Assembly (NCBI GenBank): GCA_963805975.1
Contig: CAWDVR010000002.1
Location: forward strand, 128,001-192,000
Direction of reading: 5' to 3'
DNA from: an uncultured Acidobacteriota bacterium
GTDB lineage: Bacteria > Acidobacteriota > Thermoanaerobaculia > Multivoradales > SZUA-115
Length of the DNA stretch: 64,000 nucleotides
The translations under genes and the position numbers were made by a program. Below the pieces are notes generated by a model. It worked only from the letters and a program-made list of their open reading frames with translations, had not been told where the DNA came from and made no database searches. Positions within the stretch are counted from its first letter, which is position 1. Each line of letters begins with the position of its first letter. Shown here piece after piece: positions 17,656 through 26,359 of the stretch.

Positions 17656-18759
17656 TTAGGGGCCAGGCGGTGAGCTCGCTTCGGCGATGACGCTCTCCGC
17701 CACGCCATAGCAACACCCAAACCCCAGCAGGCGCGGTACTCGCTGGATCGCCTGCGCCGCACGGCTCGGTTGGAAGCCGGCCAGCTCGAAGGCGAGCTCT
17801 GGCACGCTGGCCAGCGTCACATACTGGCGCCGGGCGAACTCCGGCAGATGCTGGCGGCGGTTCCAGTTCGGGTCGGCGGCAAACCCGGGATCGTGAAAGA
17901 TCGTCGCCACCAGCGCGCCCATCGCGTGGAGCTTGCCGAGCGGCCCCTCGATCTCCTGGGCGCGCGGCAGGAAGTCCGCTCCCTCCGGCGCCGGGTCGGC
18001 GAGCGAGTGGCCGGGTGAATCACCGAGCATCACGATGATGCGCTGCGTCTGCTCGGGCAGCGGCAGCTCCGCGCACACCGCCAGCGCGTCCGCGAGCGCA
18101 TCGACAAAATCGCCCCCGGAGGTCGGCGGCACCGCGGCGAGCCGCGCGGGCAGCTCGGCCCACGAAAACAACGGCAGCCGGAGCCCTTCGGCCCCCGTGG
18201 GCCAAAGCTTGTAGCGCGGTTGCAAGTCCGGCGCATCGAGCATGGACAGCTTCTCGTCGCCAAACGCGAGCACGCCCAGGCGTGCCTTCCGGTCGGTGCC
18301 GAGCTCGCGCGCCAGCTCCACCAACCGCTCGACGACCTTGGGCCAGCGATCGCTTGCCACGAGCTGCGGCCGCGGGCCGTCTGTGCCACCACGGGCGGTG
18401 CCGTCGATCACGAAGATCAGCTCCAGCTCCGCGGCTTCCGGCTCGCGGCGGGCCGGCGCAAGGGGCGCGAAGCGCTCGTCCGGCGGCAGCACGAACAGCG
18501 CGCGGTTCTCACTCCAGGCGTGCAGCTCGCCCGCGGCGTCGAGCTCGAGATGAAGGCTGATCTTCTCCTCTTCCGTCGCCGGCACCTCGAAACGCCAGCG
18601 GATCGCGTCGTGTGCGGCGCACGCGAGATGGAGACCCTGCGCACCGGGCAACGAGCGCAGGCGCAGCCGGCACCGCCGCTGCTCGGCGGTGAAGGGCAGC
18701 GGAAGAGACTCGATACGGCCGGTCGTCGAATCGATCGCCTGGAAAGACCAGGGAATCAC
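17656..18759 (-). CDS. Cytoplasmic vWA-domain protein with a degenerate MIDAS (367 aa)
   Basis: GTGA overlap; LIFVIDGT, GVLAFGD, GGDFVDALADAL, IIVMLGDSPGH. Confidence 0.8.
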   Translation of the reverse strand: MIPWSFQAIDSTTGRIESLPLPFTAEQRRCRLRLRSLPGAQGLHLACAAHDAIRWRFEVPATEEEKISLHLELDAAGELHAWSENRALFVLPPDERFAPLAPARREPEAAELELIFVIDGTARGGTDGPRPQLVASDRWPKVVERLVELARELGTDRKARLGVLAFGDEKLSMLDAPDLQPRYKLWPTGAEGLRLPLFSWAELPARLAAVPPTSGGDFVDALADALAVCAELPLPEQTQRIIVMLGDSPGHSLADPAPEGADFLPRAQEIEGPLGKLHAMGALVATIFHDPGFAADPNWNRRQHLPEFARRQYVTLASVPELAFELAGFQPSRAAQAIQRVPRLLGFGCCYGVAESVIAEASSPPGP

Positions 18760-21365
18760 GGCTTGTCTCCCGAGCCGGAGCCGCCCTCTTTCTCGCCGGC
18801 CTTCTGCGGCGGGCGCGTTGACACATTGCTCGGGCGATGGTCCGGGATGTGCTCGAGCTTTTCCTCGATAGCCGCGAGCCGCCTCCCGTTCTGGTCGACG
18901 AAGCTTTGGAGCGACGGCGCCAGGGTGCGCGCCGCAAAGGCGAGGCTGGCGGCGAGCAGCAGCACGGCCAGCAGGCGGCCGGCGGGCACCGGCCGGAGCA
19001 AGTAGCGGCCCGCCCGCTCGGTATGCGTCGAAGCGGAGCCGGAACCTGCCGGCGCCACTCTGCCGGAGGTCGGAAAGATGTGCTCTTCGACGACGGAGAG
19101 CCGGTAGTCGAGGCTCGGCCGCGTGATGGTTTCGAGAATCAGCGCCGAGAGCTCGCGGGGCAGGCCGCCGAGAGACACCACGAGCTTGCCGAGGAGGTCC
19201 TCCGCCTCGGGGTCGACCGGGATCACGAGATGCTGCCCAGGAGCCAACAGGAGGCGCTCATTCTGCAAGGGCCGCCAGACCGGCGCACCTCCAGACGGCG
19301 CCAGGAGCAGATAACGCGCCGCTCGAGAGGCCGTCGAAGAGAAGAGCGCGATCTCGACCGGTAGCTCGGGGGGCGGCTCGGAGGGCGCGGTCACCATCAG
19401 CCCGCCGCCGGCATTGCGAAGCTGGGTTTCGAGATCTCCCAGCGTGGGCGGGTTGCGGCGGCGGCCTTTCAAAAAAGACCACCACGGCTCGGCGCCGGGC
19501 GTCTGGCGGCTCCAGACCAATACCTGGGCCGGCCGGCCGTCGAGCTGGGCGTCGATGCGCCGCGGCTCGGGAGTTTCCTCTTGGCGTGGATAGAAGAATG
19601 TGACGCGCTCGTGCATGGGCAGGGCCTCCCTGCGAAAAGATGAAGAGCCGAGGAGCTGGCCCAAGGAACTCTTGCGGCGCAGCACATCGGCCAGCCGCCG
19701 TGTTTCGTCGGACCCCAGAAAGCGACGCTGCCGCCAGAGCCCCGCGAGAGCCACGGAGGCGCGCTCGGCAGGCACACTCTGGGGCGCGCTCGCGTTGCGT
19801 TGCTCGATGGCTTCGACGCGGTCGTTCCAGGCCGACAGGTCGCCCCCCGGGGAAAAGGCGCCGGTGGCTCGAGGGCGCGAGCTCTCCGCCCGAAGCTTCT
19901 CGTCGCGACCGGAGCTCGGCGCCGCGGCCGGCGGTCGCGCCGCGGCCAGCGCGGGCAGCCAGCCCAGGAGCTGGCTCTCGAGCGGGCCCTCTGCCAGGCC
20001 AGCGAGGCTGGCGTCTCGAGCCGCCTTCTGATGAAGCTCCTTCTGAGGGGCCAGGCCGACCGTGAGCCGGCACAACTGTTCGAGTTGGAGGAGCTCGAAC
20101 GGCGGCGCGAGAGGCCAGGCCCGCCGGCCTTGCGGCCAGAGCTCGGCGATGTCTCGCTGCGAGAGCCCGCCGGGCTCGAGGTCCTTGAGAACCCGCTTCC
20201 AGTCCTCCAGCAGCACTTCGGGCGCATCGGCAGCCTGCCAGCAGGGAGAGATGAGCCAGGCGAGTGCCGCCGAGTGCAACGCTGCGGTTCCGAGCGCGGT
20301 CTGCGTGCGCCACCACGACCACCATCGAGAGGTGATCAGATCGCTCACCGTCGCTGACGGCGCCGTGCCGATGTCCCGGTCGAAATCGGCGGCGGCCCGG
20401 CGCCATTCGGCCTCGCCGCTCGGATCACCGCGTTGCTCCAGGCGCGCCATCCGGATCGCCATCAAATGCTGCCGCGCGGGCAAGGAGCCGCCCTTCGGCG
20501 CATGACGCTCGACGAACGGCAAGAGCGCCTCCGGGTTGGTCAGAGCGAGCTCGACGGCAGCCGCGGCATAGCTCTGAACCTCGGTCGACAGGCGGGGCCC
20601 GGATCGCAGCACTCCGTCTCGATCCAGCAGCAAGGCCTCGCGGGCATGCGACAGCGCTTGGACGGCCACTTCTTCCGGGACCACCAGCAAGTTGGCCCCT
20701 TGGCGCAGGAACGCCGCCGGCTGGCGGGTGAAGATCCGGATCCTGGCCGTGGCCCGCAGCAGCGGCGGCAGCGCGGCGCGCGCGAAACCGGCCAGGCTCG
20801 GGATCGGGCCACCGGTCACGAAGGTCGCCATCGGAACTGCCACCAGCAGAGAGCGGCGCGTGGCGAGAGCGGCGTAGAGGCTCGCCAGCCAGCGCGTTGC
20901 GACCTCGGGCTCGGCGGCGATCGCCTCGGCCCAACGCGGAGCTGGCGGCGACGGTATCCGGACTTCTTCGCGCCGGCCCTCCGACCAGGGTTGCTCGAAG
21001 GCCTCGGAACGGCCCAGGAGAAAACCGGGGTCTGGCGAAACGGGCAGCGCCCGGGCATGGGCGAAGTAAGCCGGCCGGCGATCGAAGACCCCAGCCGCGC
21101 ACAGGCGAACGACCCAGGTAAAGCCGTGGGTGACGAGGCAGGACCACGCTTCCAGGTCCTTGCCCAACAGGCGATGGTCGGACGTCACGGCGTCGAGCGT
21201 CATCCAATCGCGCAGTGTCTCGAGCAGCTCGGTGTCGTCCGCCAGCGGCCCCTCCGCAGCCAAATACTGCTCTCCGTCAGCGACCGGGCGGCCCGGCCCC
21301 TCGCCGATCCCATGTCGGGATTGACCGCGAAAGAGCGCTAACGACCGAGGCTCGTTCATCGCCAT
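18756..21365 (-). CDS. Large GAP1-N-like GTPase-associated protein with a C-terminal TM helix (about 869 aa)
   Basis: ATG 5 nt after the GTPase stop; GVFDRRPAYFAHARAL motif; TM segment LLAVLLLAASLAFAA near the C-terminus. Confidence 0.6.
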   Translation of the reverse strand: MAMNEPRSLALFRGQSRHGIGEGPGRPVADGEQYLAAEGPLADDTELLETLRDWMTLDAVTSDHRLLGKDLEAWSCLVTHGFTWVVRLCAAGVFDRRPAYFAHARALPVSPDPGFLLGRSEAFEQPWSEGRREEVRIPSPPAPRWAEAIAAEPEVATRWLASLYAALATRRSLLVAVPMATFVTGGPIPSLAGFARAALPPLLRATARIRIFTRQPAAFLRQGANLLVVPEEVAVQALSHAREALLLDRDGVLRSGPRLSTEVQSYAAAAVELALTNPEALLPFVERHAPKGGSLPARQHLMAIRMARLEQRGDPSGEAEWRRAAADFDRDIGTAPSATVSDLITSRWWSWWRTQTALGTAALHSAALAWLISPCWQAADAPEVLLEDWKRVLKDLEPGGLSQRDIAELWPQGRRAWPLAPPFELLQLEQLCRLTVGLAPQKELHQKAARDASLAGLAEGPLESQLLGWLPALAAARPPAAAPSSGRDEKLRAESSRPRATGAFSPGGDLSAWNDRVEAIEQRNASAPQSVPAERASVALAGLWRQRRFLGSDETRRLADVLRRKSSLGQLLGSSSFRREALPMHERVTFFYPRQEETPEPRRIDAQLDGRPAQVLVWSRQTPGAEPWWSFLKGRRRNPPTLGDLETQLRNAGGGLMVTAPSEPPPELPVEIALFSSTASRAARYLLLAPSGGAPVWRPLQNERLLLAPGQHLVIPVDPEAEDLLGKLVVSLGGLPRELSALILETITRPSLDYRLSVVEEHIFPTSGRVAPAGSGSASTHTERAGRYLLRPVPAGRLLAVLLLAASLAFAARTLAPSLQSFVDQNGRRLAAIEEKLEHIPDHRPSNVSTRPPQKAGEKEGGSGSGDKP

Positions 21366-21370
21366 GACGT

Positions 21371-22468
21371 TTACATCAGGGCGTTGGTGGACGCGCACAG
21401 GGTCAGCAGCAGCGGCAGCTCGACGTGGGCCGGCACGGGCGGACCGATCGCTCGACGGCGGGAAGCCGGCAGCACGGCCCCCTCGAACTCGTTGATCCGT
21501 GCTCCTTCGACCGCCGAGAGCGGGATCAGCCAGGGCCGGCCATGACCGAGGTCGAGCTTCGATGGGATGGCGGCCACGAAGGGGTCGCTCGCGGCCGCGA
21601 AGCGCTGCCCCAAGAGCTCGGAAAGCTGGCGGGCATTTTCCAGGTAGCGGGCGAGCCCGCGCGCCGACCGCAGCTCGCGCAGGTAGGTTTCCGGCGCGGT
21701 GAGGTACGGCAGGATCCAGCGCTCGCGCAGCTCCGGCAGGCCACCCCGCACGTCGTCCGCCATCGTCAGAGCGACGATGCTCTCCACCGGCTGGGTGCGA
21801 CGGTGGCGATGGCGCAGCTCGAGGATGTTCTGCACCACCTGCTCGAAGCGCACCAGCCGGTTCTCGCGCTCTTCCCAGTCGAGGTCGCTGAGCTCGGCCG
21901 ACGGGAAGGCGATCCACAAAGGCAGGCAGAAAATCAGCACGCGCGCGTCGAGGATGCCGGCGCCCCAAAGGTCCTGGTTGGAGCCGTCCGGCACCATCTC
22001 GAAGAAGCCTTCACCGGAGCCGTCGAAGAAGTCGACATCGATCGCGCCCCGCCGGCGCCCGAGGAGGCCGAGGCGGTACGACAGCCGCAGCCGATACCAG
22101 CATTGCGTCAGCAGAGCGGTTTGCGCCAGACGCTCCCAGGACGTGAAGTCCTGCAAGAAACGCGGGATGTTGAGCGCTTCCGGTTGGTCACGACGATCCT
22201 GGGCGCGCCAGAGGCGGCTCGCGTCCTGCTCCAGAAAATAGGTGAGCGCGCCGGATTGCGCGCCGGCGTAGGTGCGATAGACCATCGCCTGAAAGAGGTA
22301 GCTCTTGCCGACTCCCTTGCCGCCGACAATGCCGACCTTGAAGGTGTCCTCGCGGGCGAAGCTCTCGTGATCGGGCTCGGCAGCCGGGCTCGATGGTGGT
22401 AACTCCCTCGAGTCTTCCTCGACGAGGTCCGGGCTCGGTGCGGGATCGTCATCGTTTCTCGGGCTCAC
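21371..22468 (-). CDS. TRAFAC-class P-loop GTPase, second double-GTPase type (about 365 aa)
   Basis: GGGGAG RBS plus GTG at 22468; G1 GGKGVGKS, G3 FFDGSG, variant G4 LTMAD, G5 LSA; C-terminal PAHVELPLLLTL. Confidence 0.85.
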   Translation of the reverse strand: MSPRNDDDPAPSPDLVEEDSRELPPSSPAAEPDHESFAREDTFKVGIVGGKGVGKSYLFQAMVYRTYAGAQSGALTYFLEQDASRLWRAQDRRDQPEALNIPRFLQDFTSWERLAQTALLTQCWYRLRLSYRLGLLGRRRGAIDVDFFDGSGEGFFEMVPDGSNQDLWGAGILDARVLIFCLPLWIAFPSAELSDLDWEERENRLVRFEQVVQNILELRHRHRRTQPVESIVALTMADDVRGGLPELRERWILPYLTAPETYLRELRSARGLARYLENARQLSELLGQRFAAASDPFVAAIPSKLDLGHGRPWLIPLSAVEGARINEFEGAVLPASRRRAIGPPVPAHVELPLLLTLCASTNALM

Positions 22469-22478
22469 AGGATCTCCC

Positions 22479-24122
22479 CTATTCCCAGAAGGCTCGGACC
22501 TCGATCGCGTCGCGCTGGGCAAAATGCTTGATAGAGCTCGAATGCACGCGCAGGCGGTAGCGCCCCGCGATGAGCCGGAAACCCTTCATCGCCGTACCGC
22601 TGCGGTCCGCGGCCAGCTGCAGCGTGGGGTGGGCGCGCTCGACGGCGCGCGCGAAGGGTTCCATGACGGCGGCTTGATAGCTTTCCGTGCTGGCCGACGA
22701 GGGCTCGGGGAAGAGGAGATAGACCTCGTCCGGCAGCTCGCGGTCGAAGTCGAGGAGGGGGCTCGCGGACTTGTACACGAGGCGCGCGTCGATCAGCAGC
22801 TCGGCACCTTTCCCCAAGGGATTCCGGGCATAGGCGAAGCAATCGATCCGCAGATAGTTCTGGCCGTCCTCGGAGTAGCGGTGCCGGAGGCAGCCGGGCT
22901 GGGCCCCCATCGACCAGGCGGCGCGGGCGGTCACATCCATCAAGGCCCGCAGATCCACGGGGCAATAGGCACGGTAGCTCGACTTGAACACGGGCTGATC
23001 GAGCAGCTCGGCAAGCTCCGGGCCTCGCCCCTGCGGCATCGCCCAGCCATCGGTCCAACTGTTCCGCATGGCGGAGTGGCGCCGCTGCCAGCGTTCCCTC
23101 TCGGCCTCGAAGAGCTGTCTCGTCTCGGCGCCGCCGGCTTCGGGACGAAGCTCGCCTAGCAGGCGAGCCAACTCGTAGTAGTAACGATCGACCGTGCGAC
23201 TGCGCGTCGCGAAGCGCGGGTCTTGAACCCAGGCCGACCGTTCCCGGTCGAACCAGATCGCTGGCCAACCCAATTGCCCCAAGCTGGGAGCCCGCTCGGA
23301 CGAAAGAGCCTTGCCGGCCGTTCGTATGGCGTTCCGCGCCGCGGCCGCCAGCTCCGCGTCCCGTCCCAGGGTCGCGGCGGCGGCCCACAGCTGCCGATGC
23401 CGCATGAAGCGCACGGGGTGATACGTCGCCAGCGCTGCGAGCCGGGCTTCCACCTCTTTCCAACTCTCCTCGGAGGCCTCCGGCCGCGGCTTGGCGGCGA
23501 GCTCGGCATCTCGGGCCATCGCTTCGAGCCCGTGGACGGCCCGATCGATCGCCGACTGCCAGAAGAGATCCGAGGCTCGTGCGGCGAGAGGCAAGCCGAT
23601 CGTCAGGAAGAGCGCTATCGAGATCATCGCCACGAGCACGATCCACTCCGTCCCGCGACGGATCGCGGCCGGCCGCGCCAAGCGCAGCGACAGCACCAGG
23701 GAGCTCGCCATCGATGCGACCGCCCAGGCTTGCAGCAAGGGGGCGTTCGCCCAGGCGGATCCCCACGAGAGCAGCAGAAGCAGGAGGCCCGTGCTGGCGG
23801 CCAAAAAGAGCGGCCACAGGCGCGGGAAGAGGCGTCCAGGCCGCTCTCTCCCGGCCCAGGCCACGCTCAGGGCGAGGACCGCCGCCGAGCCGGCCAGCAG
23901 CCCGGCGGGCACGGGCGCCCGAAACAGGACTCGCAGCTCCCGAGTCGACGACAGCACCAGGAGGGTCGCGGCGAAGATGGCCAGCGACAACCACGTGAGC
24001 GCTCGCGCGGGCAACGACCACAACCAGAGCCGGCCGAGCCCCAACGCTTGGGTCGGCAGAGGAACTGCCCCGGCGAGCTCAGGCCTCGGCATGCTGCAGG
24101 TCTCCATGTGCCACGGTCGCAC
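22479..24122 (-). CDS. Multi-pass membrane protein with a large soluble C-terminal domain; start uncertain (24092-24122)
   Basis: 4-5 hydrophobic segments in the N-terminal third; stop 10 nt before the GTPase start. Confidence 0.7.
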   Translation of the reverse strand: MRPWHMETCSMPRPELAGAVPLPTQALGLGRLWLWSLPARALTWLSLAIFAATLLVLSSTRELRVLFRAPVPAGLLAGSAAVLALSVAWAGRERPGRLFPRLWPLFLAASTGLLLLLLSWGSAWANAPLLQAWAVASMASSLVLSLRLARPAAIRRGTEWIVLVAMISIALFLTIGLPLAARASDLFWQSAIDRAVHGLEAMARDAELAAKPRPEASEESWKEVEARLAALATYHPVRFMRHRQLWAAAATLGRDAELAAAARNAIRTAGKALSSERAPSLGQLGWPAIWFDRERSAWVQDPRFATRSRTVDRYYYELARLLGELRPEAGGAETRQLFEAERERWQRRHSAMRNSWTDGWAMPQGRGPELAELLDQPVFKSSYRAYCPVDLRALMDVTARAAWSMGAQPGCLRHRYSEDGQNYLRIDCFAYARNPLGKGAELLIDARLVYKSASPLLDFDRELPDEVYLLFPEPSSASTESYQAAVMEPFARAVERAHPTLQLAADRSGTAMKGFRLIAGRYRLRVHSSSIKHFAQRDAIEVRAFWE

Positions 24123-24233
24123 CGGATAGACACTGCGGAGCCTGCTTTGTTGCCATGGAGCTACCGCAGAGCGGGATCGGACCTGCTCCGCGGTGACGTG
24201 CTAGTAGGGCGAGTTACGGAAAGCTGCGAGGCG

Positions 24234-24255
24234 CCGGCTCGCGAAAGCGAGCCGG
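24234..24255. other. Perfect 9-bp hairpin with a GAAA tetraloop
   Basis: CCGGCTCGC-GAAA-GCGAGCCGG. Confidence 0.6.
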
Positions 24256-24378
24256 TCCCGATTCTCACGTCGTCAGAGCACGATGGCGGCCCAGGCCGGC
24301 TGCCCGGAGGCATGTCAGCATCGATGGCCGAGCGAGCTTGGCAGCGGGGGTTCAATGGACACGGTGGCGCCTCATGCT

Positions 24379-25781
24379 CTAGCAGCCCGTGGCGGAAGCC
24401 AGGTGTCTCGGCGCTGACCCAGGGTGCAAGCCGAGGGCCCGGCCGAGCACCTGGGGGAGTGTGTGGAGCCATCGGATCGGCGAGGAGGTCGATCTGAGGT
24501 GTCGCAGCTGCGAGCCAGACCCGGACGGTGGCCAGCAGCCTCCCGGGGCGACCCTGCAGCCCCCGCGGTGTTCCTGCACCGAGAAGCTGGCGCATCACGA
24601 GCCCAAGGTTGAAGGCTCCGAGATGGATCAACACTCGTTTGAGGATGTTGGCGTGGCCTCTGAGGTGGACCCGCCGCAGGCCTCCGGTTTCATAGCTGTG
24701 GGCCATGCTGCGTTCGGTCTTCTCGGCTCGCCAGCGGGCGAGCTTGCGTCCTCGGTGGCCTTGGACTCGCCGGCGGTTGGCGTAGGTGGCCCTCTTCTCG
24801 CTCGTGCGCCTCTTCCAGCGACGCCGTGGCCTCTTCGGCTCCGGGATGTAGGTGCGCAGGCCCAGCGTGCCGGCGTGCTCGAGCACGGCTGCGCTGTGAT
24901 ACCCGCGGTCCGCCACCAGTTCGGTCATCACCGGCTCGTCCTCGTCGAGCTCTTCGATCACCGCAGCCAGGTTCTCCAGGGCCTCCGAAAAGGTCTCTTC
25001 CAAGCTCTGCGTGTCGCCCCGGTCCGCCGGCTGCACGGTCACCGCCACCACCGCTCCCGTCTCCAAGTCCACCGCGTGCTCGGCCTTGTGGGCCAGATGC
25101 GTGCGGCCGTCCTTCATCCGGGTGATCTTGGCGTCCGGGTCGTGAGGGTTCGTCCAGTCGTCGTTGGAGGCTTTCCCCTTGCGGTTCTTGTCCTGTCGAG
25201 CCAGCTCGGCTCTCGTCGGCGTCGGCTGACCCGACTCCTCGGCCAGACGGCGCAGAAACTCTCCGTACCCTTCGCCCGTCTCCCGCCGCACGATGCTCTT
25301 CATCGCTGCGTTGGCTTCCAGGGTCGTGGCATCCACACCCAGCGTCTGGCCCTTGAGCAGACCCTTCTCCGCCAGGACCTTGAGCACCCAGGCGAAGATC
25401 TCTTGGTGGGTCTCCACATCGATCAGACGCCGGTTGCGAGAGATCGTCGAGTGGTCCGGCGTCGCATCCGACAGCGAGTAGCCCAGAGAGTCCCGCAAGG
25501 TCAGCGAGTCGGCTACCCTCCAGGCGATCCCGCGCTCCGAGTCGATCCCCTCGAAAGTAGCCGAGCAGAAGCAGCCGAAAGTACACCCCTGGCGGCAGCG
25601 ACGGCCGACCCAGCCGCTCGGCGTAGAAAACCCGGCACTGCTCCTCGGCGAAGCCATCGAAGCCGTGATCGGACAAGAGTCGATTCAACCGCTCGTAGAA
25701 CGGGTGGCCGGGCCTGCGAGCCAGATCCTGCGTCGCGATCCACAGCCCGCCCTGCCGGCCCTTGCGCCTACCCATCGCCAT
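24379..25781 (-). mobile_element. IS1182/IS5-like DDE transposase (DUF772 + DDE), frameshifted, with its left end missing
   Basis: GHPFYERLN, GRPSLPPGVYFR, DATTLEANA, DPDAK, ADRGY, ERSMAH; extra T at about 25555 (TAC TTT CGA vs TAC TTC GAG); probable right end CTAG-CAGCCCGTGGCGGAA at 24379. Confidence 0.85.
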
Positions 25782-26080
25782 CCTGTTGCCCCCTGCGCAG
25801 GCTCGTCCGAAGGGAGGCCGACCGCGGATTTCGGATCGCGCAGCCTTGCGAGGCATCCTGTTTGTGCTGATGACGGGTACGCCTTGGGAGATGCTGCCCA
25901 CCGAGCTGGGCTGCGGTTCGGGAATGACCTGCTGGCGCCGGCTTCGCGATTGGCAGAAGGCTGGCGTCTGGGATCGTCTCCACCAAGTCCTCTTGGATCG
26001 GTTCGGCGAAGCCGACCGCATCGACTGGACGAGGGCGGTGGTGGATACCTCGACGGTGGCCTCGCGGACGGCGGTTTTTT
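25780..26080 (+). pseudogene. IS5-family transposase orfA fragment (DUF4096-like), truncated at both ends
   Basis: GGRPRISDRAALRGILFVLMTGTPWEMLPTELGCGSGMTCWRRLRDWQKAGVW..VVDTSTV; similarity ends at the T-run near 26075-26081. Confidence 0.85.
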
Positions 26081-26359
26081 TCCCACCCGACTTCGCTTCT
26101 GCCGGACGGGCGAGCCTCTCGCCCGTTGCCAGGGTACAGTGGCCCTGGATTTTCTCGCCGCTCCACAAGGGGGTTAGGGTCTCCGCACGACACAGTCGGG
26201 ATCGCGTGCGAAGGGCGCGCGTGTACCCCGCCGCCTCGTTGGAAGCCCTCCAGGGCATCCAAACCTGAGCGCCCGATAGAGGCTTCCTGAAACGCATGCT
26301 CAGCGCATGCCGGAGCGAGAGGAAGGTCCCAGGCTAGCCAGCACCCCCTTGTAACCTGC

